DNA from: Parcubacteria group bacterium M6-OD1-1
GTDB taxonomy: Bacteria > Patescibacteriota > Minisyncoccia > GWC2-36-17 > M10-OD1-4
Reading direction: 5' to 3'
Assembly (NCBI GenBank): GCA_003056085.1
Contig: LSNK01000002.1
Location: forward strand, 42,485-106,484
DNA length: 64,000 bases
In this document: one piece after another, positions 29,551 through 38,526 of the stretch
How the letters are laid out: each line of letters begins with the position of its first letter
Numbering within the stretch: the stretch's first letter is position 1
The notes under the pieces: generated by a model
Seen by the model: the letters and a program-made list of their open reading frames with translations, nothing else
What the model was told of the DNA's origin: nothing
Database searches by the model: none
Made by a program: the position numbers and the translations under genes

Positions 29551-29683
29551 AGATAGTTTCCTCCTTTATTGTTAAAGTTCTTTTTTTAAAAAAATCAATC
29601 CAAAAAATTTGACATTTTTTTATTCATATTACATACTCAATTTATTAGCACATTAAAAACCAAAAAACAAGGAGATTGCCGTT

Positions 29684-30409
29684 ATGAACCGCCTATCAGA
29701 TGAAGAAAAATTGGTTAAAAAACATAGATTATTGGTAAAAAATATAGCCTATAAAATATCATTAAAACTGCCAAAAAGCATTGCTCTTGATGATCTTATT
29801 CAAGATGGCATGATCGGACTTTTAGACGCTGCTAAAAAATATGACTCTTCTCTTGGGTCATCATTTGAAACTTACGCCAGCATACGCATTCGCGGAAACA
29901 TACTTGATGGATTGCGCAACAGCAATATTCTTCCAAGAGGAATCATTCATCTTTCTCAAAAAATAAAAAAAGCAGAAGAAAAAGTTCAAAACAAAAAACT
30001 AAGACCCATCACAAATAGTGAAGTAGCAAAAGAAATGGATATTCCAATAAAGGAATTTCATAAAATACTAAATGACATTCAACAAGGCAACATGATATCA
30101 ACTGAAAATTCACGATTTACCAATGACTCAAAAGGAAGATCAGTTCTTGACTGGTATGAAGACAACAACTTCAATCCGGAAGTAATTTTAGAAATAGAAG
30201 AATTCGTTGACTCATTAAGCGCATTCGTAAAGTCATTACCGGAAAGAAAACAGGCTATTTTCACATTGTCTGAAATAGAAGGTTTAAGCGAAAGAGAAAT
30301 AGGAGTACTGTTTGGTATATCAGAATCAAGAGTAAGTCAAATCTTAGCTAAAGTACGAAACGAATGGAAAGCGGAACAATTTGCAGCAAACTTAAAACTG
30401 ATTGTTTGA
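29684..30409 (+). CDS. Sigma-70 family sigma factor (FliA/sigma-28-like group 3) with a strong SD (AAGGAG) 10 nt upstream
   Basis: Region 2 FETYASIRIRGNILDGLR; region 4 LSEREIGVLFGISESRVSQILAKV. Confidence 0.85.
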   Translation: MNRLSDEEKLVKKHRLLVKNIAYKISLKLPKSIALDDLIQDGMIGLLDAAKKYDSSLGSSFETYASIRIRGNILDGLRNSNILPRGIIHLSQKIKKAEEKVQNKKLRPITNSEVAKEMDIPIKEFHKILNDIQQGNMISTENSRFTNDSKGRSVLDWYEDNNFNPEVILEIEEFVDSLSAFVKSLPERKQAIFTLSEIEGLSEREIGVLFGISESRVSQILAKVRNEWKAEQFAANLKLIV

Positions 30410-30420
30410 TAAACAAATCC

Positions 30421-30458
30421 AAAGCCCCTCGTTGCCTTAAGGCAACGAGGGGCTTTTT
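30421..30458 (+). terminator. Terminator: 16-bp perfect stem aaagcccctcgttgcc-ttaa-ggcaacgaggggcttt plus T5
   Basis: Read directly. Confidence 0.75.
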
Positions 30459-30475
30459 CATTCTCCCATAGATTC

Positions 30476-30498
30476 TCCCATAGGTGTCACCTATGGGA
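30476..30498. repeat. REP-B copy 1 (tcccataggtgTcacctatggga), preceded by a partial duplication ctcccatag
   Basis: Palindrome family cccataggtg[W]cacctatggg. Confidence 0.8.
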
Positions 30499-30534
30499 AT
30501 TCCTTGTTCGAGGTTCAACCTCGAACAAGGAATT
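30498..30534. repeat. REP-A copy 2 (37-nt palindrome aattccttgttcgaggttCaacctcgaacaaggaatt), directly abutting REP-B1
   Basis: Read directly. Confidence 0.8.
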
Positions 30535-30535
30535 T

Positions 30536-32161
30536 TTATTTTTTCAAAAGAAGTCTCGCAACTCTCAGCTCATCAAAAGAAAAATCACGACCAAGTATGT
30601 CACGAACAGGCACAAGCTTTGTGTCTTTTGTTTTTAAAAAAGCATTTTTTATCTCCTTTAGTCTGCTTTTTTTAAACTCCGCCTCCAAATATTTTAAATC
30701 CAACTCCTCCCCACCTGCTAAAATCTTTTCCAAATACCCCACAACTGTCCTCTCTTTTATACCTCTTTTTTCTGCAATTTCAGAAATAGAAAGTTTTTTT
30801 TCAACAAGCAGTTTAGTTTTTTTTAGCGTGGAAACATTTTCTTTTTCAGTTTTTTCAACCTTGCCCAAAAATTTATTCAGTTTATCTTTTTTTTCTTCAT
30901 CATCTAACTTCTTAAGCTCGCTTAAAGCTTTCTCTGACGCCTCTTTCAGCTCTTTGTCTAAAAAAAGCGCTTCTTCATTAACTTTAAGAGCCATATTATT
31001 AAGTCCCAAAAGCTTAAGCCCGGAAAGTGAAGAAACGCGCGATAAAGCGACATAGCCCATCCCTTCTACAAATGATCTTGAAAGATCTATTTCAGCGGCG
31101 TCCAAAGTCATCCCTTGGCTTTTGTGTATGGTTATCGCCCAAGCTAAACGCAAAGGTATTTGCCTTACCTGCGCTCGAACTTTCCCATCTTCCTCAACGC
31201 TCCACTCCGCCGGCTCCGCCAATATATTTTTTCCGCTGAAAGTTTTTACCAAAGGCAATCCGGAATCGGAAAATCCAATAACCTCACCAAGCGTTCCATT
31301 GGCATATCCGGTATCAAAATTATTTTTCGTAAACATTACAAAAGCCCCCCTCTTCAAGATAAGTCTTTCAGGCGAAAGACAGCTGTTTTTTAAGCTTTCC
31401 GAAAGCTTTTTATTTCCGGAAAGCTGCATTTGGTAGGACTTTGCCGTCTCAGATATCTTCCTAAGTTCTTTCTCATTAACTCTATCCACATCAAAATTAT
31501 GCGTATGAAGTTTTGTCGCAACAGAACTTTCAACAACTCCATCAAACCTTTTTTGTAAAATATCAAGAGTATTTTTCCTAATTTCTCCGGAGCGAATATC
31601 CTCAAGTACTCCCAGAAGCTCATCTTTATTTTGACGATGCTGTTCACTTAAATAACAAACCTTCAAGTCCATACCGCTCCAAACCTTGGATTTGTTTATA
31701 AAATCCGCTTTTTTACTGCCTTGGCTGATGGGAGGCAGCTGAAAAAAGTCCCCGCAAAGCACAACCTGTAAACCGCCAAACGCAAGATTATTTTCAAAAA
31801 AAGCCTTTAAAACCTCATCCACCAAATCCAATCTAAAAGAGTGAAGCATAGAAACCTCATCAATTATCAAAACTTTAGTTTTTTTAAAACGCCGCGCAAC
31901 TTGCGGTTTTTTAAGCACCTTAAAAACCTCCTCGGGAGAAAGAAAATCACGGATACCAAGCCCGGACCAGGAGTGAATAGTCATCCCGTTCATATGAGTT
32001 GCGGCAACTCCGGTTGAGGCGGTAACTCCAACCCCGACTTTATTTTCTTTTAAAAATTTAATGTATTTATTCAACACAAAAGTCTTCCCGCTCCCGGCAG
32101 AACCCGTCAAAAAAACATTATGCCCCATTTTCAAAATTTCAAGTGTTTCTTTTTGCGTCAT
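30536..32161 (-). CDS. PIF1/RecD-family DNA helicase with a C-terminal HTH domain. The start is taken at MTQKETLEIL; the track start lies inside the REP-adjacent C-run.
   Basis: VFLTGSAGSGKTFVL, VTASTGVAATHMNGMTIHSW, LIIDEVSML, ...ITIHKSQGMT. Confidence 0.8.
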   Translation of the reverse strand: MTQKETLEILKMGHNVFLTGSAGSGKTFVLNKYIKFLKENKVGVGVTASTGVAATHMNGMTIHSWSGLGIRDFLSPEEVFKVLKKPQVARRFKKTKVLIIDEVSMLHSFRLDLVDEVLKAFFENNLAFGGLQVVLCGDFFQLPPISQGSKKADFINKSKVWSGMDLKVCYLSEQHRQNKDELLGVLEDIRSGEIRKNTLDILQKRFDGVVESSVATKLHTHNFDVDRVNEKELRKISETAKSYQMQLSGNKKLSESLKNSCLSPERLILKRGAFVMFTKNNFDTGYANGTLGEVIGFSDSGLPLVKTFSGKNILAEPAEWSVEEDGKVRAQVRQIPLRLAWAITIHKSQGMTLDAAEIDLSRSFVEGMGYVALSRVSSLSGLKLLGLNNMALKVNEEALFLDKELKEASEKALSELKKLDDEEKKDKLNKFLGKVEKTEKENVSTLKKTKLLVEKKLSISEIAEKRGIKERTVVGYLEKILAGGEELDLKYLEAEFKKSRLKEIKNAFLKTKDTKLVPVRDILGRDFSFDELRVARLLLKK

Positions 32162-32180
32162 AATTTTATTTCCAACCCCC

Positions 32181-32211
32181 CCCATGTTCGAGGTTCAACC
32201 TCGAACATGGG
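32181..32211. repeat. REP-A copy 3 (cccatgttcgaggttCaacctcgaacatggg)
   Basis: Read directly. Confidence 0.8.
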
Positions 32212-32225
32212 AAAATTGAATTAAA

Positions 32226-35200
32226 TTAGAATTTTTGAGCGGACCACAAAATAAAAGATATATTCCCTGCAATTTCCGCACCTTTGCCGTCTAAATTTAA
32301 AGCGTTATTAAATGGACCTGACTCTTCTCCCCACCAATTGTTTTTTGCACTTATAGGTAAAGATCCTCCACCTCTTACCGTGTATTTACTGATTATGCTT
32401 GGATAAATATTTGAATTAGAAATTGTAATCTTAGACTCTCCTTGAGTATAAAGACTTTCATTTGAAATATTTTTAAATTCTGAATTTAATATAACAACCT
32501 CTCCATCATCTAAGGCAACTATACCTCCTGTATTTTCTTCAAAAACAGTATTAGACATCTCTATACTTCCCCCTCTTGCGAAAATAACTGCCGACTGAAA
32601 AGACCCTTGTAAAGAAAAATTACCTCCATAAGAAAATACAACATTATCAAAAACTGCTATCTTGCTTTTTTCTGTGATGTTTAAAGCCCCCCAAAGTCCG
32701 GCTCGATAACCATTTTCCTCCGTATTTGGAGTTGATAAAGCTGTAAAATATATTTTATTTTCTTTTGTTCCTACAGCTTCTATTTCGCCATTAATTACAA
32801 ATACAGCATTTTGCATCATACTCAAGGTTACCCCGGAAGCTATTGTTAGTTTAGCATTCTCGCCAACACTTAACCAATCAATAACATAGGGAATATCTTT
32901 TTCAAATACAAAATCATCATCAATATTTGCTAAAATTCTTACTCTGCTTTTTTCATCAAAATCATTATCTAAAATAGTCAATCTGCTTCCAATATTCCCT
33001 CTTATAAAAATATTATCCTTATCTCCCTCAAAATTATTTTTTTCTATCTTGAACTCAGAAGTTGTTGCAGTTTTTAAATAAATATCAATAATATTTCCGG
33101 AAAAATTATTTTCTGAAATAACAGAAGATGACTTTTGATCGCCTGCATATATACCATATCCATTGAATTCTCTATTGGAATAAACATTTGGTTCTGTATT
33201 TTTAATTTCACAACCGGATATTTCAGGATAAGAATTTTCTTCTATATTTATTCCGAACGCTTTACTTTCTTCAATTCTACAATTTAAAATTTTAGGACTT
33301 GAATTTTTAATATACAAAGAACCTTTATAATCATCTGAAGAATACCTATTTGAAGCTCCCCCATATCTTATAATAACATTTTCCAAAACAGAATTAGATG
33401 CTTCTTCTCCAAATATTTTAATATTTCTCCACATACCTGACTTTGTTTCTACATCCTGTTTGTCGCTATTATATCCATCCACCTCATCATCTGATATATA
33501 TGTAAAAATAATTTTTTCTTCTTTTGTTCCTTTAGCGCTTAAAGTTCCGTATACAATGATTGGAGTTACTAAAGAATCTTGATAATTCCTATTCCGAGAG
33601 GACTTAATAACGACCCCGGGATCAATTTCAAGCTCTCCGCCTTTTTGAATCGTTATGCTTGACTCCACAATGTACGACATATCATTTTTTGAAAAAATTG
33701 CTTTTGTGCTTGAAGCTATCGCGCCAGCTATATATATCCCGTCTTCTTTATTTTCATCTTTATTATTTTTTATCTTAATATTAAAAGAATTTGAATATAT
33801 GTCTATATTTCTTTCGTTTCCGGAAAAAATATTATTTTTTATTATCAATGGAGTACTTGATGCTGATTTAGAAACTATACCTTTGTTATTATTTTCAAAA
33901 ATACTATCCAAAATTTCTGCTGTTGAACTTGCATCTTTTATATAAATTCCATATCCGTTTTGCGCTTTGTTGTTTATGTAGCTTGCATCAGTATTCTTTA
34001 TAGAACAATTTGCTATTTTGGGGTTCGAACCATCTTTTATATAAATTCCATATCTACTCGAATTATCAATAACACAATTTTCTATTTTTGGACTTGAGCT
34101 GAATACACTTAAAGCGCCCTCGGACACAAAACTCATCTGAAATCTTTTTGCCGCTCCTCCATATTTTATTTGAATATTTTTCAAAACTGACTCCTCTCCT
34201 GTATTTTCGAAAACTATCCCTCTCCAATCTCCAAAAACAGGCTCTCTATTTTCCAATTGGTCAGAATTAACTCCGTCTGCTTCATCATCAAAAAATGAAG
34301 TAAATATTATATCTTCATTTTCCACTCCTTTAGCATCTAAAATTCCATTTACCAATAAAAAAGACTCTGTATTTTGATTTGACTTTACACCTCCAAACTT
34401 AACTGTCACTCCCGGCTCTATGATTAAAGTTACACCTTTTTGAATAGCAATTCCATAATTTATATAATAAGGACTCGCTTCTTTTGACCAAAAAGTATCT
34501 TTTTCTATATTTTTACCTATATGTGTATAAAGCCCTGAAACGCTATTCTTTCTTCCTGGAGTCCCCAAAATTTCATTTTCTGAAGCATCTTTTGCAAAAA
34601 CATCACCAGAAAAATCAAGCCAGTTTAAAGCATCGTCACCTTCTGAATAAACACTGACACGCTCCATTGTTCTTTTTTCTGAATTATCACCGGCATGCCA
34701 CTTATTTGTAAAATCAATTAAATCTCCTTTATTATCTCTTAAAAATAAATCCGATCCCAACCCAATATTATTCATAGCTCCGGTATAAAGTTGATTTTCT
34801 TTAATGTCAGTCGTTGTGCTTGCTGTTCTTTCAAGTAGATAATATCCTTTCGGCTCTATCACACCGGTAAGTTCAATAGAAAAATTTTTTGAATTTTTAA
34901 GAGTCCAACCGGAAAGATTTATTTCATAGTCCATTTTATTGTAAAGCTCTATCCACTCATCACTTGAGTCTGCACTTGTCCCCATCCATGCAATTTCATT
35001 TATAACCACCGGGACTTTATAAGACAAAAACTGCATTAAAGCCCAATTTGATTCTATCTTATTTTCTATATTTTTTGCCTTTACCCGAAAAATATATTTT
35101 ACATCATCTCCTGTTGTTAAAAACTCAACTGTCGTTGAGCTTGTTTGATCCTCTATATCCTGCCAATCCTCTTGAAAATTTGTTTTATATTGCAAATCAT

Positions 35201-37028
35201 AAACTATACTTTCTGTACTTGAGGCATTCTCAAATTCCGCTCCAAAACTTAAGACCACTTTCTTTTTACTAACATCATAACTGCTTAATATTAAAAATGG
35301 ATCTCCTAAAACTAAAATCTTTTTAGTCGAAGATGCTATTTTATCAAGTACATCTTCAGTAGAGGATGCTATTTCTCCTGCGAGAACACTCTCCGTTGAC
35401 GATGCTATTTCGTTAATTATATTTTTGGTTGACGACGCTGTATCTTCAGCTAAAACATCACCCATTGGATCTTCTTTTTGTTTTTCAACTTCAATAACCA
35501 AACCGGCAGAGGCGCTGGCCGAACCACCGGAAAAAACAGGTACCACATTAACACCACCCAAAAAATTAGCTGGCACCTCCACAATATCATATTCACTCTC
35601 CACCACTTCATCCTTAGTCACCACTTCAACCTCATCATTCTCCACTAAAACACTTTCATCCCCCACTTTAACATCGTCTTCCACCACTTTAGTCTGAGTA
35701 GTTTCTTGGGTTAATGGTAACGCTTCGGGAACAAGAACATCAAAATCAACTTTCGGAGCGCTCTGTTTGGCGTCTTTTGCACTCTCAACCACTACATCTA
35801 TAATCTTCTCATTAATAATTTTAGAATCTTCTTTTTGATTTTTATTAACTTCTAATAAAACATTATTTTTTACATTATTTTGAGTGTTGTTTGGAAAAAT
35901 AGAAATAAAACTCGCAGATAATTTACTATTCATGTTACTCGCGAAACTTTTAACACCATCAAAAATATCAATAGCTTCATCTTTAATATTTTCAACAACT
36001 TTTACAATTAAACTTTTATTTTTATTATATAAAGCAAATGTTTGTTTTTCTTTTTTAACCTCTTTAAAAAATAACTCAATCACACCGGCACCGTGTAAAA
36101 CAGCTTGCTTGGAAAGAAGATTCCAATAATCATTTAAAATTAAATCATCGTAATCTTTCAAAGAATATAAATCTTCAAAATCAAGTATCGCAAAATTAAA
36201 TTCTCTTTTAATTTTAACAAGTAAGTAGTTGTCTTTATAAAGAAATCTATAACTTTTTCCATCACTTAACAAAATTTCTTTTTCATTTTTGTTTATAACT
36301 GGCTCAATAAATATATCATTATTTATTGTATTCCTACTAAAAAAGTTATTATTTGAATAATTAGCAATACTATCAAAATATTCATCCAAAGAATTTAGTT
36401 TTATCTCTTCTTGACCTTCCAACTTACTTGCAATATCTATAGTTGATAAACTAAATTTTTTAGCCCAATTTTCATAAATACTTCTTTGATGAAAAACAGA
36501 ATCTAAAATTGGAGGATGAGCATCATTTCTTGTATGCGCAGGAACGGACGCATCTTCAATTAAGTGTAAAATATGTCCTAAAGATTTCATTGCCCTTTGT
36601 CTATCTCCATAAACATACTCATAAATAGCTCTGTCCCAGGAAAAATCAGAACCAAAACTAAAATAATCACGCAACAAATTGAAAAGACCTGCCTGACTTT
36701 TTGATAATGAAGCCTGCTTTTCCGTGCTTTGTGCCCAGATTTTTGAGGTAACACCACCTTTCATGGCTTTATTATTAATTGGATCATAAAAATGATTTAA
36801 AGCTCTTGTCCCTGGACTATCTTCATCTACGCTCCCCTGCATAATATTAATCTCGTCATTCTTACTAATTTTTTCAGGATATTTACTTTTATAAAATTTT
36901 ACCATCTCTTGAGTTAGCCCTCTATGTGTAGTTTCCGGACTGTAAGCATACAAAAAAACAGGAATAGTAAAAAATATTATTCCCACAAAAACATATTTTA
37001 TTACATTTATAAGCTTTCTATTTTCCAT
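32226..37028 (-). CDS. Giant (1600 aa) secreted/surface protein: zinc-dependent phospholipase-C/P1-nuclease-like domain, a Ser/Thr-rich linker with ASSTE repeats, a lamin-tail domain, and multiple right-handed parallel beta-helix (PbH1) repeats
   Basis: N-terminal TM/signal; HLIEDASVPAHTRNDAHP; VINEIAWMGTSADSSDEWIELYNKMDYEINLSGWTL; repeated NCxIxNS..YGIYI.D/ISGCEIKNT motifs. Confidence 0.75.
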   Translation of the reverse strand: MENRKLINVIKYVFVGIIFFTIPVFLYAYSPETTHRGLTQEMVKFYKSKYPEKISKNDEINIMQGSVDEDSPGTRALNHFYDPINNKAMKGGVTSKIWAQSTEKQASLSKSQAGLFNLLRDYFSFGSDFSWDRAIYEYVYGDRQRAMKSLGHILHLIEDASVPAHTRNDAHPPILDSVFHQRSIYENWAKKFSLSTIDIASKLEGQEEIKLNSLDEYFDSIANYSNNNFFSRNTINNDIFIEPVINKNEKEILLSDGKSYRFLYKDNYLLVKIKREFNFAILDFEDLYSLKDYDDLILNDYWNLLSKQAVLHGAGVIELFFKEVKKEKQTFALYNKNKSLIVKVVENIKDEAIDIFDGVKSFASNMNSKLSASFISIFPNNTQNNVKNNVLLEVNKNQKEDSKIINEKIIDVVVESAKDAKQSAPKVDFDVLVPEALPLTQETTQTKVVEDDVKVGDESVLVENDEVEVVTKDEVVESEYDIVEVPANFLGGVNVVPVFSGGSASASAGLVIEVEKQKEDPMGDVLAEDTASSTKNIINEIASSTESVLAGEIASSTEDVLDKIASSTKKILVLGDPFLILSSYDVSKKKVVLSFGAEFENASSTESIVYDLQYKTNFQEDWQDIEDQTSSTTVEFLTTGDDVKYIFRVKAKNIENKIESNWALMQFLSYKVPVVINEIAWMGTSADSSDEWIELYNKMDYEINLSGWTLKNSKNFSIELTGVIEPKGYYLLERTASTTTDIKENQLYTGAMNNIGLGSDLFLRDNKGDLIDFTNKWHAGDNSEKRTMERVSVYSEGDDALNWLDFSGDVFAKDASENEILGTPGRKNSVSGLYTHIGKNIEKDTFWSKEASPYYINYGIAIQKGVTLIIEPGVTVKFGGVKSNQNTESFLLVNGILDAKGVENEDIIFTSFFDDEADGVNSDQLENREPVFGDWRGIVFENTGEESVLKNIQIKYGGAAKRFQMSFVSEGALSVFSSSPKIENCVIDNSSRYGIYIKDGSNPKIANCSIKNTDASYINNKAQNGYGIYIKDASSTAEILDSIFENNNKGIVSKSASSTPLIIKNNIFSGNERNIDIYSNSFNIKIKNNKDENKEDGIYIAGAIASSTKAIFSKNDMSYIVESSITIQKGGELEIDPGVVIKSSRNRNYQDSLVTPIIVYGTLSAKGTKEEKIIFTYISDDEVDGYNSDKQDVETKSGMWRNIKIFGEEASNSVLENVIIRYGGASNRYSSDDYKGSLYIKNSSPKILNCRIEESKAFGINIEENSYPEISGCEIKNTEPNVYSNREFNGYGIYAGDQKSSSVISENNFSGNIIDIYLKTATTSEFKIEKNNFEGDKDNIFIRGNIGSRLTILDNDFDEKSRVRILANIDDDFVFEKDIPYVIDWLSVGENAKLTIASGVTLSMMQNAVFVINGEIEAVGTKENKIYFTALSTPNTEENGYRAGLWGALNITEKSKIAVFDNVVFSYGGNFSLQGSFQSAVIFARGGSIEMSNTVFEENTGGIVALDDGEVVILNSEFKNISNESLYTQGESKITISNSNIYPSIISKYTVRGGGSLPISAKNNWWGEESGPFNNALNLDGKGAEIAGNISFILWSAQKF

Positions 37029-37603
37029 ACTTTATTATTTTTTAAAAATATAATTGTATTACTAATTTTTTCTCCAGCAGGTATTGTAAATATAACATTA
37101 CCATCCTCATCCATTAATGGCTTTGTTTTTTCTACTATGTATTCTAAAATATAAACCATATAATCATCTGAATTTAAGGAAGAATTGGATTTTATTAATA
37201 CAGATTTTTCTAACTGATTAATCTTTACTTGCAACTCATTATTCTCTTTCCCAACCTTAAATTGCTCAGCCATTTGCTGCTGCTTCTCCACAATAAAATA
37301 TTTAGCCGCCAATTCTGTGTTCCCAGCTTTTAAAGCATTAATAAAAAGCTGTAAAGTCTCTTTCGGAGTACTTCCACCATATGTATCTTTCTCATACTCT
37401 TTTTTTAATCCTTCATAATATTCTAAATATTCTTTTTGAGAAGAAAATCCAATATTTTCTGAAGGTATAAATTCTTCTTTTGTTATACTTTCTAAAAAAA
37501 CAAATATCAATCCTCCAACTATTAATAACAATACAAAAACTATTGATATTATTTTGATCTTTAAATTTTTAATAATTTTCTTTTTCTGTATATTCTCTTT
37601 CAT
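37007..37603 (-). CDS. Membrane-anchored hypothetical protein (198 aa)
   Basis: N-terminal TM; overlaps the giant gene start by 22 nt. Confidence 0.45.
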   Translation of the reverse strand: MKENIQKKKIIKNLKIKIISIVFVLLLIVGGLIFVFLESITKEEFIPSENIGFSSQKEYLEYYEGLKKEYEKDTYGGSTPKETLQLFINALKAGNTELAAKYFIVEKQQQMAEQFKVGKENNELQVKINQLEKSVLIKSNSSLNSDDYMVYILEYIVEKTKPLMDEDGNVIFTIPAGEKISNTIIFLKNNKVWKIESL

Positions 37604-37704
37604 GTCCTTTAAAATTAATATTTAATATTTATTTAAAATTAGTTATATTATTTAAAATTAATATCAATCCCAAAACATCATTACTCCCATCTATATTCGA
37701 TGTC

Positions 37705-37731
37705 TATGTTCGAGGTTCAACCTCGAACATA
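37705..37731. repeat. REP-A copy 4, immediately downstream of the RAYT-1 stop
   Basis: tatgttcgaggttCaacctcgaacata. Confidence 0.8.
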
Positions 37732-37752
37732 TAAAAGATATTTGATTTTTCT

Positions 37753-38448
37753 TTATTCCAATATTAAATCTTTTAAAAATTTCTCATTATTTTTCCCTAT
37801 CCAATTTCTTATAAATTCCATCATTTCCTCATTATTTTTCCAATAATTAGGAAAAGTTTCCTTGTTAATTATTTTATCTGAAAAATCATCTTTTAAATAA
37901 TTTTTATAACTTGACCATTTATATCCCTCTATAAACTTAATTGCATCATCAATATTTAAAATTCCATTTTCCTTCCATTTTGACTCCACCAAATCCAGTG
38001 GATTTATATGAATATATACAAATAAATGCCTCAAATACTCATCCTTGCTAATATGAACAGCTTTAAATCTTCCCTCAAACAAAGATCCCGTTCTTTTATT
38101 TTTTTTATTAAAATACATAGTGTATCCAGTGCCAAGCTTTCTCATGAACTCAGTGATTCCTCCCTCTTTATTTTCCCTAATCAATAAATGAAAATGATTT
38201 GGCATAAAGCAATACAAAACAACATCAACTAATTTTTCTTGATCCCCTCCCATCCCAAGGTCTTCATGTTCGAGGTTCAACCTCGAACATGAAGACCTTG
38301 TAAGTTTTGAAGGCTTATTAGAATTAAACTCTCTAAGTCCTAATTTAAATCTTTCATAAAATTTCGGACCTAAAAAAATATTGCGCTTGTCAACACCTCT
38401 ATTATATATATGATAGTATTCTCCTTGTTCAAATTTATGTTTTCTCAT
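37753..38448 (-). CDS. REP-associated tyrosine transposase (RAYT, IS200/IS605 TnpA Y1 family), paralogue 1; carries an in-frame REP-A copy inside the ORF
   Basis: YHIYNRGVDKR, HuH motif MPNHFHLLI, catalytic-Y region GSLFEGRFKAVHISKDEYLRHLFVYIHINP; colinear with E. coli TnpA_REP (HMHCIW...QPRFWEHAIRNTKDYRHHVDYIYINPVKHG). Confidence 0.8.
   Translation of the reverse strand: MRKHKFEQGEYYHIYNRGVDKRNIFLGPKFYERFKLGLREFNSNKPSKLTRSSCSRLNLEHEDLGMGGDQEKLVDVVLYCFMPNHFHLLIRENKEGGITEFMRKLGTGYTMYFNKKNKRTGSLFEGRFKAVHISKDEYLRHLFVYIHINPLDLVESKWKENGILNIDDAIKFIEGYKWSSYKNYLKDDFSDKIINKETFPNYWKNNEEMMEFIRNWIGKNNEKFLKDLILE
38257..38301. repeat. REP-A copy 5: 45-nt perfect palindrome caaggtcttcatgttcgaggttCaacctcgaacatgaagaccttg located inside the RAYT-1 coding sequence (codes ...RLNLEHEDLG...)
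   Basis: Read directly. Confidence 0.8.
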
Positions 38449-38490
38449 AATATTTTATTATCATTATTCCCCTCCTATGCTCTACCCTTT

Positions 38491-38515
38491 ATGTTCGAGG
38501 TTGAACCTCGAACAT
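38491..38515. repeat. REP-A copy 6, immediately upstream of the RAYT-1 start
   Basis: atgttcgaggttGaacctcgaacat. Confidence 0.8.
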
Positions 38516-38526
38516 GGGAGATTTTT

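Noticed and set aside
29609-29640. Sigma-70 promoter (TTGACA at 29609) for the sigma-factor gene
   Set aside because: A convincing -10 hexamer at 16-18 nt spacing could not be identified, so it is not reported as a feature.
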